The notes beneath the pieces are model-generated. The model was not told the DNA's origin. It did not search any database and saw only the letters and a program-made list of their open reading frames with translations. Below, piece after piece: positions 48,108-59,486 of a DNA stretch of 64,000 nt. Within the stretch, counting starts at the first letter, position 1. Each line of letters opens with the position of its first letter. The position numbers and the translations under genes are program-made. Origin of the DNA: Spironucleus salmonicida (taxonomy: Eukaryota); assembly GCF_000497125.1 (NCBI RefSeq), contig NC_090596.1, forward strand, positions 1,178,001-1,242,000, read 5' to 3'.

Positions 48108-48493
48108 TTTCAAGGGAAAGAAGCGAGTGATATCTAATGTTTAAATCTAGTTATAGTGTGGATTATTTTTAAATTTTAGTCGTATTGCAGTTATACTTAT
48201 TTAGGGGCAATAGCTTTCGATTCTGCGTGGCGAAATATATGCTATATACCTAAAAATATAAGTTAACTTTAGTTTTTCTAACTAATGTATAACCGATATT
48301 ATAGATACAGACTCCATAAATCAAAACGTAGAATTTTATGCTAATATAGGTTCAGCATAAAAATAGTACATTTACTAGGAGGCCGATGTTTCCAATACCG
48401 CGTATTACCCAAACCCGCGCCATCGTTTACTACCGAAACCAAAAACTCTTTCGTATTACCTCCATAGTACTGTATAATAGCGGCAGTACCTGA

Positions 48494-49044
48494 ATGGACG
48501 CAGCCGCCTGGTTCCACGACCCGCGCTACGCAGCACCCCCGATCGGGTCGGAGCTCATAACCCCGGAGCTGGCCGCACACTTCCCCCTGGCTCCCTGCTG
48601 CTCCTCCCCAACAGGGCGGCGCACCGCGACTACCCCGGAGTTCCCCCGGCCCAGTTCGCCCTGCGCCCGGAGCGGCCCAAGATCGGAGTATCGGCCTGCC
48701 TGACGGGCGAACGCTGCCGGTACGACGGGGGGCACGCCGCCCAGGACCTGGAGCGCTACGCCGGCCACGCGCTCGTCCGCTTCTGCCCCGAGCAGCTGGG
48801 CGGGCTCCCCACGCCGCGCGAGCCGGCGGACCTCTGCGGGGAGGAGGTGCTGACCCGGTCCGGGACGAGGGTGACCCTGGAGTTCCGGCGGGGCGCGGAG
48901 GCGGCGCTGCAGGGGCTGCTGGCCGAGAACGTGGTGCTGTGCGTGCTCAAGCGCAAGAGCCCCAGCTGCGGGGTGGAGCGGGGCGGCGTCACGGCGAGGC
49001 TGCTGGAGCGCCACGGCTTCGCGTGCGTGGACAGCGAGCGCTGA
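48494..49044 (+). pseudogene. DUF523/TudS-like gene, frameshifted copy
   Basis: C5 run at 48583-48587 versus C6 in the intact copy; otherwise colinear. May be a sequencing error. Confidence 0.65.
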
Positions 49045-49123
49045 GGGAGTGATACTTGCAATCTGCTTCGGGCCGACCCGCCGCTCCCAAAATATATCCC
49101 GCCGTTTCTTTCCGCCTCGCAAA

Positions 49124-51031
49124 ATGCAGGAAGTGCGCGATTCCCAAGGCGAGGAGTACGCCTCCAAGATCGCCCAGAACCCCTTCTCCCTCACCTCGGA
49201 GTTCGACGTCTACCGCGCGCGGGCGGCGGCGAAGCAGGAGAAGATGACGCAGATCCAGTTCCAGAAGGCGACGCCCATCCAGAACCGCCTCAACTTCGCG
49301 GCCCGCAACGCCATGCTCTCGCTGAGCTCGGACCGGCCCCCGAAGCCGCTCAGCAACGCGATCCTGACGGGCGCCGACCCCGATATCCAGCAGCTGGCGC
49401 GGACGGTGCGGCAGCAGAAGCTGGACCTGCACGCGCCGAGCTTCACGGGCAAGTACGCCCACCTCACCGGCCAGGACAAGCTCTTCCTCGAGGGGCTGGT
49501 GCGTACCAACGGCGCGGGCGACAAGCTGGACAAGTTCCTGGAGAAGCAGAAGGACATCTTCCTGGTGGAGCTGAGCCTGCAGACCAAGCAGCAGGAGATC
49601 GACTCCCTGGACGGGGACGTGAAGCGGCGCGAGATGGGGCTGCAGCAGCGGTCGGACGTGCTGGACAGGGAGATCCAGCAGTTCGACAAGGACGTGCGCC
49701 AGAGCGACCAGCAGACCATCTCGTCCGTGCTGCAGCAGGAGCAGGCCATGCGGGCGAAGACGCAGAAGCAGGAGCAGATCCGCCAGCTGTCCACGCAGCT
49801 GATCCAGATGAAGAGCGAGATCAACAAGCAGGAGCTGGTGCTGCTCCGCTTCTGCAAGTACCGCCAGTTCGTGCAGGAGCTGCTCCCGGCCGCCGAGCGC
49901 AACCAGGTGCAGCGGGACCAGGAGCGCTACGCCGACCAGCGCAAGTGCATCGCCCTGTGCTGCGAGCGCTTCAGCACCTGCGACGGGCTGTGCCTGGAGT
50001 GCTTCGAGTTCACGCCCACCGGCTACGACTTCTCCCCGCAGCTGCAGGCGGACCCGGCGCCCGCCTGCCCGCACGCGAACTTCGTGAACTACGCGAAGAT
50101 CAACGCCCTGGACCAGGAGTTCCTGGCGCAGAGCAACGAGGCCCTCAGCCAGCTGGACGAGAACAGCAAGAAGATCGCCCTCCGGGGCATCGCGGACCCC
50201 GCGGCGTACACGGAGTACTACAACTTCCCCACGAAGGACCCCGGCATCCCGGACTACACGGCGGTGTGCATGAACGGCTTCGTGCGGGAGCCGATGACGG
50301 TGCAGTTCAACAACTCCTTCGAGTTCATGAACACGATGCGGCTGATCGAGGCCAACAACTTCTACCTGGTGGAGAACCTCCAGGAGACCGACAACTCGAT
50401 CGACCACCAGAAGCAGCTCTCGCAGGCGCAGTTCAAGAAGGCGGACCAGGAGGTGACCTCGCTCGCCAGCCAGCTCGAGCGCCTCAACTTCCTCAACCTG
50501 GACACGATCTCGAAGCAGCAGAAGCAGACCGGCATGACCGACGAGCAGTACAACCGGCAGATCGAGGAGATCGCGAAGATCGACAACCTGGTCAAGTCCT
50601 CGTACTCCACCGTCGTGAGCGCCATCTCGGAGTAGCTGCGCAAGGACCCCTCCTGCGAGAAGTTCTCGTCCTACTCCCAGATCGCGGACCTGCAGTCCAT
50701 CGGCTCGCTGTCCATGCTGTCCTGGATGGAGGGGCAGCTCGAGCGGCTGGCCCAGCGCGTCTTCCTCATCAAGGCGCCCGACTTCCGCTTCCGCTTCGAG
50801 CGCCAGATGGAGCGCAACCGCCGGAAGAAGGTCGCCCAGACCAAGTTCGCCGCGAAGGAGGAGGCCCGCAAGCTCAAGATCGCGCGCACGCAGGAGCGCA
50901 GCCAGGAGCCGATCCGGCGCTGCGACGTGCGCGACGTGAAGTTCATGAGCTTCGGGAAGCAGAAGCGCAAGATCGGCGGCGAGCGCAAGGTGGAGGAGGA
51001 GGGCCACGTTGAGGCGGGCTTCTACGAGTGA
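49124..51031 (+). CDS. CFAP100: CFAP100/CCDC37-like (DUF4200) flagellar coiled-coil protein, 635 aa
   Basis: FLEKQKDIFLVELSLQTKQQEI...FDKDVRQSD...KYRQFVQELLP and IEANNFYLVENLQET; TAG at 50633 is Gln. Confidence 0.8.
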
Positions 51032-51076
51032 GCGCGTGTCCGACCGCTATATGGCAGCCGCCCTTCCGCTCCGTAA

Positions 51077-51517
51077 ATGTCGCAGCGGCTCATGAAGGAC
51101 ATCAGGGAGCTCCACGCAGCGGTGGAGGACGGCGAGCTGGACGAGGTCGAGATCACGCAGGACGGCGACCAGTGGGAGCTCGCCATCCCGGGCCAGGGCG
51201 CGTACGCCGCGGGGGTGTTCCGCGTGGGCTTCGCGGCCCAGGGCTTCCCGAGCGAGGCGCCGGTGCTCAACTTCCGCACCAGGATCTACCACCCCCAGGT
51301 CAACGCCGACGGCACCTACTGCTCGAAGCTGCTCAACCCCGCCAACTGGAACAAGTTCACCACCCTGCGCCAGCTCGTGGAGGAGATCATGGACCTCTTC
51401 ACGCAGAGCGACTTCCCCAACCCCAGCAACGCCGAGGTGGGCGCGGCCTTCAAGGCGGACCGGCAGAAGTACCTCGCCACCTGCAAGGAGTGGGTGCAGC
51501 TCTACGCCAAGAAGTGA
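51077..51517 (+). CDS. Ubiquitin-conjugating enzyme E2 (UBE2L3-like), 146 aa
   Basis: RLMKDI, YAAGVF, FPSEAP, FRTRIYHPQVNADGTYC (catalytic Cys), ANW, PSNAE. Confidence 0.92.
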   Translation: MSQRLMKDIRELHAAVEDGELDEVEITQDGDQWELAIPGQGAYAAGVFRVGFAAQGFPSEAPVLNFRTRIYHPQVNADGTYCSKLLNPANWNKFTTLRQLVEEIMDLFTQSDFPNPSNAEVGAAFKADRQKYLATCKEWVQLYAKK

Positions 51518-51801
51518 TGCTAATCGTAATTTGTTATTCGTACTTAACTATGCATTTAATCTGGTTAACTATATACTTGATCACAGAACTTCATACATAT
51601 TACAGTGTATATTAGGAATAATCATTTGGTTCACACGCGTGATGTTGCGCCCGGCCACCCGAGTCTACTGTGATACGTAAATCAAACGAGTCAAAGCAAC
51701 TTTCACCATAATATAATTTATATATGCTGTGCATATAATATTTAGTCGAGTGGAATAAGTCCACTATATTATACAGTATACACACAACGTTATCCTGCAA
51801 A

Positions 51802-52080
51802 ATGGTGCACAAGTCGCAGCTACTAACCCTGTGCGGGGTCCTGTTCTCGCTGGTCGTTGACGTGCTGGTGCTGGTGATGTTCTCGCTCCAGTACGATGCC
51901 ACCAAGTCGCCGTTCAACCTGGCCTTCATCGCGCTCTCGGCGGTGTTCCTGGTGAGCCTCTCGGCGGTGTTCGGGGTCCTCCTCGTGCGGTACTGGCGCT
52001 AGAGCTCTCCCAAGGCGGTGGGCAAGGGGATCCACAGGGGGCTGGTCTCCAGGGAGCAGGAGCAGGTTTACATCGCGTGA
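51802..52080 (+). CDS. Small two-TM protein, copy 2
   Basis: Same as 39214-39492. Confidence 0.7.
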
Positions 52081-52304
52081 GTTATTGTCTTCAGTGCTGC
52101 CGCGTGCCGGAGGGGTGAGGCGGGAACTACTCAGTGCGGGAGCGAATAAGTAGCGCTCCAGCGGCCGCGGCCTGCAGTAAATATATACGTTACAGGTGCG
52201 CGGCCAAGGGCGGAATCTGGTTATTATACGGCGTTTAGCCCACTCCCCAGAAACCGAACTTTGGGCTTAACTGCGCTATATACTCAGATACGCTCAATCT
52301 TAAA

Positions 52305-53849
52305 ATGGGACGACTCAAGCTCCACGAGACCTCGGGCGTGCTGGTGGCCGCGGCGACCTCCCCGGCGCAGTTCCTCTACGCGCTCTCGGCCTCGCACGTG
52401 AACAACAACCTGCCCATCCTCTCCAACTCCCTCGGGATCTCCCTCTCCACCGCCTCCTGGATCATCAACGTCGAGCTCATCGTCGTGGTCATCACCGCCA
52501 CCATGACGGGCAAGCTCTGCGACCGCTTCGGCACCTCGCTCGTGATGTCGCTCGGCACCGCGGTCTTCGCGGTCTTCAACCTGCTCTTCCTCTTCGGCGC
52601 GGCCGAGACCTCGCTGCTCGTCGTGCTCATCCTGCGGTTCCTGGCGAGCGCGGGGCTGGGGCTCATGCTGCCCGCGAGCACCCCGCTGGCCGTGCAGCTG
52701 GTGAAGAAGGGCAAGCTGAACGTCGCTATCGCGATCATGTCCATCATGGTGCCCTTCGGCTTCATCCTGAGCAGCCTCATCGCGGGATACGTGGCCCAGT
52801 ACGGCAGCTGGCGCTACATGTTCGCCATCGTGGGCGGGCTCTCGCTGCTCTACCTCGGCGGCCAGCTGCTCGTGCTGCCCTACAAGGAGAGCGCACGGAG
52901 GCGGGTCCAGATCGACTTCCTGGGTGTGATCATCCTGTCGGTTGGCCTGACGCTGTTCATCGTCGGGCTGACGTCCTTCGCGCAGCAGCTGCTGCCCTGG
53001 TGGGGGTCAGCGCTCCTGCTGGTCGCCTCGGTCGGGGTGCTGGCCTTCTTCGCGTTCTACAACATCAGGCTGTCCCGGGCCAAGGTGTTCCCGCTCGCCG
53101 TGTTCAACCGCTCCACGGTGGTCATCGAGGTCATGATCTTCATGATCAACGTCCTGGGCTACAGCGAGCGCTTCCTGATGCCGTACATCTTCATGGTGCT
53201 GCTGAAGCTCCCTCCCGGCCGCGCCGGCATCCTGATCTCCATCACGGGCTGCTCAACCTTCGCGTTCGCCCCGCTCGCGAGCTTCCTCTTCGTGCGCGTC
53301 ACCACGCGCCGCCTGCAGTTCATGCTGCACGCGCTGTACCTGGTGTTCGTCCTCCTCAACATCCTGAACCTGCAGCTGGTGCAATCCGCCGTGTTCTACA
53401 CCGTGATCACCTTCGTCACGATCGGGCTCACGACCGCCTCGACGATCATCTCCACCAACTACAACTTCTCCGCGGTGCCGCCCGCATTCCAGAACACGGT
53501 GGGCGTGCTGAACCAGCTCGTCACGAACGCCGGGCACTCGGTGGGCGTCACTCTCGCGGTGCTGGTCAACAACCTCTCGACCGACCCGGGCCAGGAGCTC
53601 ACCTTCAACTCCGCCACGATCACGGTAGCCGCCTCCGGGGTCGTCGCGGTGGCGGTGGTGGCCACCTCGCTGCTCCTGAGCCTCTTCCAGTTCGAGCGCG
53701 GCAGGTGGGGCTACTCCGAGCGCCAGTCCGCCCGGACGAAGACCTTCGACGAGAACCTGCTGGGCGACCACGAGGTCCTGGAGGTGGAGCAGTTCGGCCA
53801 GGAGAAGGACTAGGAGCCCGCCTTCACCTACCGCGGGCTGCTGCTGTGA
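52305..53849 (+). CDS. DHA2-type MFS transporter, copy 2
   Basis: About 4 substitutions versus 39717-41261. Confidence 0.88.
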
Positions 53850-53876
53850 GGTTCTTTTGCGATACATATACCAGTC

Positions 53877-54476
53877 TCACTCAAAGCTCTCCGCGCTCGC
53901 CGACTCCTGCCGCAGCTGGCTCAGGAGCTCCTTCCGCTCGCTCAGCATCTCCAGCTGGTGCGCCATCGCCAGGATCTGCAGGTCGCGGTGGCCGACCTCG
54001 TGCTGCGCGTGCAGGAGGTCCTGGTTCATGGCCGCCTGCACCCGCTGCAGCTCCTCCAGCCGCTGCGCGTAGAACTCGGTCTGGCCGGCCACCTCCTGCC
54101 GCAGCACCGCGTTCTGGGCGTTCAGCAGCGCTATCTGGTGCGCGAGGCTCTGCTGCTGCACCCGGGCGTCCTCGAGGAGCCGCGCCTCAACGTCCTGCTG
54201 CGCCTGCAGGAGCTGCGCCCGGAGGCCCGCCACCGCCGCGTCCCTGTCATGGGCGATGCTCTAGCGGTGCAGCTCGTGCGACTTCGTGAGCTCAGAGATC
54301 CGGTTCCGGAGCTCGCAGTTCTCGTTCCGCGCGGTCTGGAGCTGGAGCGCAGCGGCCTCTGTGGCTGCCTGGTGCTGGCGCTCCTGCAGGTCCTTCTCCA
54401 GGTTTTGCCTCAGCAGCCTCTGGTTCTCGGCCCGCAGGCTCGCCAGGATCGACGACTCGATGTGCTCCTTGCTCAT
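53877..54476 (-). CDS. Coiled-coil protein, copy 2
   Basis: Near-identical to 41289-41888. Confidence 0.75.
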
Positions 54477-54603
54477 ATTTTATATTTTATAAATAAATAA
54501 ATAATAATATAATAATAATATAGTTAATACGAGTAATATCATATATAATATAGTATAATATTTGCTTTTATTTCAAAATCCTACTTTCCATTCCCACTTC
54601 ACA

Positions 54604-57600
54604 ATGTCAGACGATTTTCCCGAAATACCAGAAGATCGTTATCGCATTTTCTAGCATATTGGCAAAGGAGCATTCTCTCGCGTTTTCTTAGCGTATACTC
54701 CTGAGTACTAGAGAAGAGCAGTTAAAAGAATTCGTTTAACAGCCAAGCCACATATGCTCTTAAAAGAGGTTGAGTTTCTTCGTAGGTTAGAAGGTAAATC
54801 TAATATTGTATAGCTGAAAGAAATATTATTCTCGGAGAGAAATTTTTAAACAACAGTTGTTACAAATTATCTAGACTCCGACGATTTTAAGTCAATAATC
54901 TTAGAATTTACACCTCTTGATATTTAGCGTTATATGCGCTCACTTCTTCAGGCTTTAAGTCATCTTGAAAATGCAGCTGAACCTAGTGGAGAAATACGAG
55001 GTATCCTTCACCGTGATGTAAAACCTGGTAATTTCTTATTCGAAAGATCATCAGGAAAAGGTCTTCTAATTGATTTTGGCCTTGCATAGTCACTGCGCGA
55101 AGCTAGAGAATTTCCATTGCTCCGTCTTTAACGCCGTACACCATATACATTTGCTAAGCCTTATTCTCGTTAGTTCCCTATTTCATAACCTGTATCAAGA
55201 GAGTCATCTTCCCGCTCACTTCCTACCCAACCACATTCTGGTACTCACGGTTATCGTGCCCCGGAAATTTTAGTTCCTGTACTCAATTAAACACCAAAAA
55301 TTGATACCTGGTCTGCGGGTGTAATTTTACTTTAAATATTAACAGGTAAGACATCAATATTTAGAGGAAATCCTAATACAGATATTTATGAATTGTTAGC
55401 AATTAGATCTGTTTTAGGATCTGATCGTTTTATTTAATAAATGTCATCGCTTGAAGCAGACTTTTCATTTGCCCCAATTTCAATGCCTTAAAATATTTCA
55501 TTTTAAGAATTAGCAGAATATTATAATCCAGATCTTTTAGCTGTTCTTCCAGCATCCTGCTTTGATCTTTGTGATCGCTTGTTAGCGTTCGACCCTAAGC
55601 AACGTTTATCTGCTTCAGAATCTCTTCGCCATCCATTCCTTTAAGCGTAAGACTTACCACACTTTAGATTTTAAGATGGGGTTTGGAGCAAGAATCCCCT
55701 GGCCCTAATTGAAGGTTAAGATGAAAACCAAGCACTTAAACGACGATCTTAAGCAATTAGTGAAGCCCTTGGATTATGTAAATCTACTTCTGAGACCCTA
55801 GCCGATGAATATAGTAAGATGATCCTGTCCTAAATGATCCCACTCCCTAAAGACGTCCGTAAACAAATAGAGCGTGCAGTTTAATCATTTGGTGCTGACT
55901 AAAGCTAAAATGTAAACGGATTTATAATTCAGAGGCAGCGTCCAGCTGATTACCAGTTTCCAGGGAGCTAGTCGGTGTAAGATCTCTCAGCTTGTGCTCC
56001 AGTAACATTAAACCGCCCTCGTTTAGCTGCAGGTTTTGGATGGTAAACAAGATTTGAACTCTGCTAGCGAATTTATGACACATAAATCGAACTAAAATTG
56101 ACTGAACTTAAAAGTGACGATGAATATAAGCTAATGAGCCGTGAATAACAAGAAAAGAAAGAACGAAAATTGCGTGAATCACTTAAAGTTTCCGTTTTCC
56201 AGCAATAATTCGCACTTGCAAATGGCGAAAAAGAAGAATATGAACGTGCAGTACGTCAAACTGCTATGCGCCGCCGTGTAGATCCGTGGATCCAGCCATT
56301 GAAAGCTTTAGATAAGGAACTGCGTTTAGTTTAGCGTTAAGTACGTAAATAAGCCGAAGAGTATCGTCGTTGTGTCATCGAAAAAGGTGTTTTGCTCCTA
56401 GATGATGACATGCAATAATCATCAAAAGAGACCTAATAATCATAAATCCCTCAAACTCATGTGCGTAAATATGATATTGTAACGGAAAATAACATAAGTT
56501 CGGTTTCGTTAAAATCTCAAGTTCGCTAAATATTTAACTAGAGATATCCTCGTTCTTACACAGTTAATTCTGCGAATTAGAACAGAATTTGTGCGTTCTT
56601 CCTAGGAGGCCGCGTACAGGACAAGAATTCACGTGCTCAGGAACTCATTTCGTAGGCTTGGTTAGATGCTGAGCGTCGTCAAGTCGAGCACACGTCAACA
56701 AATACATCCATCACTAAAATTCAGGAACTTAACAAAAGAGCTGCTCATTTAGCGGCTTTCTCGCACAGAATCGCGTTAAACGGTCCTGGAGAGTGGAATT
56801 GTTAGGGTTATATTTTCTATTGTAGTGTAGCAATGCCAAGTGACATTGATTAATAGCAATATTATCGTGATATAGCAGCACGTGTCTATCAATTTTAGCG
56901 CAGTTTACTACTTTTCTAATAATAAATCAAGGAAAACGACCAGTTCATTTCTGATATTTAATTAAAGCTTAAAAGCAAGACTGTAGAGCTTGAAAAATAC
57001 AAAACTGATGTTTCTGTTTATCAAAAGAATTTGTAGTAGCCTGGCTACAATAAAACATAAGTTTAAGCTGAATTGACCTAGACTTAAGATATGGTATCTT
57101 AATGCTAGCTTTTAATCAGTCAATTTAATCAGCAAATTACCTAATTAACAACAGACAAAGAGACCATTTAGGCGTAAATCAACTCTGAAGCTAAAGATCG
57201 CAAGGAGTACTTTGAAACCTACTAAAACAACCTTCCAGCCAACCAAACCGAAGCACAACCTGACAATTCTTGTTTTGAAAACGAATCGAATCTTTGGAGC
57301 GAAACCCTATCAATAAGCGACGAATTCTCAGAAGCAAAGCCAAACGCCGATATTAACGCCGACAAGCTTGCTGAGCCTTACTTTGTGAACTTTGAAGAGA
57401 TCAAAAAAATCTTCTAAATCAAGAATACCGAGACACAGTCCAGGAAGACGCGCCGCGAGAATATGCGCAAATTTGAGCGCGTTTATGCCAAGTTTTACGA
57501 CCCATCGGTAACCGAACTCCAGGAAATTCAGAAGGAGCTTTACCAGGAAAAACAGAAACTGCGCGAGCTCAACGACGTGCAATTCGAGCACGCGCATCAA

Positions 57601-58650
57601 GAGCTTTTGCCCAGGGACCAGCGCATCGGCCTTCTCGCCAAAACGGCCGCCTTGCAGGCCACGACGCCAGCGCTGCAGCAGCCGCAGCTTCCGGCCCCCG
57701 CGACAGCGAATCCGCAGTCGCTTACTGAGCGAAATTTGCAGCTCCAAATCAACTCCAAACTGGAAATCGAAAAGAAGCAAAACGCCGTTTTCCAGCTCTT
57801 TTCGTCGCCTTTAGGCCGCTTTTACATCGCTTTTTACCGGCTTATTGGCGGAAAAGCTGACGATCTCACTAACCGCGGCCTCCTGTTATCGCTTTGTAAA
57901 AAGGCTGATATTCCGATCTCGAAGCGTCTCCAGGAGCTCTAATTTACGCTTTAAAAGCTATCCGCTCAGTACGCAAAATCTGTTACCGGAAAGTCGGATT
58001 TGCTGCTATCGGCAGCGTCCGTGCAGTCGGAACTCGATTTGCGCGCCGATTTGGCGAATGCCGAATTAGCGAATTTGGGGCTTTCGAAGCGCCCTCCAAA
58101 CCTCGAATATCTACTCCAAATCGACAAGAAACTGTCGCCAATTACGAGAAAATTGAACAATATGCAGAGGTCCACTTCGGCGATAACGGGTCTCACTAAA
58201 TCTGCTACTCACAGAAGCTTAGCAGATCCAGGAAGGACGCAAAGCCGCTACCCGCAAACCGCGAAATACATCTAAACAATGCTAGAGCAGACCATGAGGC
58301 GTTATATCACTATGGATGGTGTACTTGAAAACTACGAAAAAGAAATGGAAAGTGGAATTCAGGCGATAAAGGCTAGAATTATGGAAGTTCAGGTTTAGAA
58401 GCTCCGCAACGAATGTTAGGGCAAGGACAGAGTCGAAATTGGTCGTATTTAAGACAGCATTAAAGAGCTGGGCGCTGCAGCAACTTTCGAAATAATGAGG
58501 GGCAAAGCGTTCCCGAAAAGCGTATTGCGTGAGTAAAGTTCTGGATTCGATGGCAGCGTAATTGGCGATTTTGAGAGAAGAAAACTGCTTTTAGATGATA
58601 GATTCTCGGGTAAGAAGCATAGAAGAATGGTGGAAATGTACAGGAAATGA
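54604..58650 (+). CDS. CDC7: CDC7-like Ser/Thr kinase with ~1000 aa C-terminal extension, 1348 aa
   Basis: IGKGAFSRVF, AVKRI, ILHRDVKPGNFLF, LIDFGLAQ plus insert, GTHGYRAPEIL, QTPKIDTWSAGVILL; no TGA in frame until 58648. Confidence 0.82.
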
Positions 58651-59000
58651 GTGCTATACATTGAATTGATTTTATTAATATAATATTGAACATAAGTAAC
58701 TAAATTCGTTAGTGCGGGGGAAAATCATAATAATACTATATAACAATTATATTTATTGTAAAATTAGAAACTGGATTTTTAAACGGGTTTTGATTTATCT
58801 ATATATTATAATAGACTCAGTAAAGTATCTTTATCTTAGAGATGTTCGAACATTAAATGACCAGTGTAGTAGATCTCAACAAGCAACATCATCTTATGCT
58901 ACATTTTGGTTGAACTAGTGATAAGCCTTCACATATGTTCTAAAAATAATGATATGATAATAAATACTTAACGGATATCAATAACAAATTAAGCTTAGCA

Positions 59001-59441
59001 TCACTTCTTGGCGTAGAGCTGCACCCACTCCTTGCAGGTGGCGAGGTACTTCTGCCGGTCCGCCTTGAAGGCCGCGCCCACCTCGGCGTTGCTGGGGTTG
59101 GGGAAGTCGCTCTGCGTGAAGAGGTCCATGATCTCCTCCACGAGCTGGCGCAGGGTGGTGAACTTGTTCCAGTTGGCGGGGTTGAGCAGCTTCGAGCAGT
59201 AGGTGCCGTCGGCGTTGACCTGGGGGTGGTAGATCCTGGTGCGGAAGTTGAGCACCGGCGCCTCGCTCGGGAAGCCCTGGGCCGCGAAGCCCACGCGGAA
59301 CACCCCCGCGGCGTACGCGCCCTGGCCCGGGATGGCGAGCTCCCACTGGTCGCCGTCCTGCGTGATCTCGACCTCGTCCAGCTCGCCGTCCTCCACCGCT
59401 GCGTGGAGCTCCCTGATGTCCTTCATGAGCCGCTGCGACAT
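59001..59441 (-). CDS. E2 ubiquitin-conjugating enzyme, copy 2
   Basis: Same protein as 51077-51517. Confidence 0.92.
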   Translation of the reverse strand: MSQRLMKDIRELHAAVEDGELDEVEITQDGDQWELAIPGQGAYAAGVFRVGFAAQGFPSEAPVLNFRTRIYHPQVNADGTYCSKLLNPANWNKFTTLRQLVEEIMDLFTQSDFPNPSNAEVGAAFKADRQKYLATCKEWVQLYAKK

Positions 59442-59486
59442 TTACGGAGCGGAAGGGCGGCTGCCATATAGCGGTCGGACACGCGC

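Larger units (their letters stand above)
46519..51538. repeat. Left arm of second GC-rich inverted duplication (partner 58980 to beyond 64000)
   Basis: Reverse complement match; coordinates sum to 110518/110519 either side of a 1-bp indel near 48585. Left limit is set by the window edge. Confidence 0.96.
51658..54488. repeat. Copy 2 of ~2.83 kb direct duplication
   Basis: Matches 39070-41900. Confidence 0.96.

Noticed and set aside
48989-51007. 672 aa antisense ORF and its copy at 59511-61529
   Set aside because: Mirror of the CFAP100-like gene caused by stop-codon scarcity in GC-rich DNA.
42270-51538. GC-rich blocks as bacterial contamination
   Set aside because: They contain eukaryotic genes (CFAP100, E2, CRMP) using TAG=Gln, and GC grades smoothly into the flanks.
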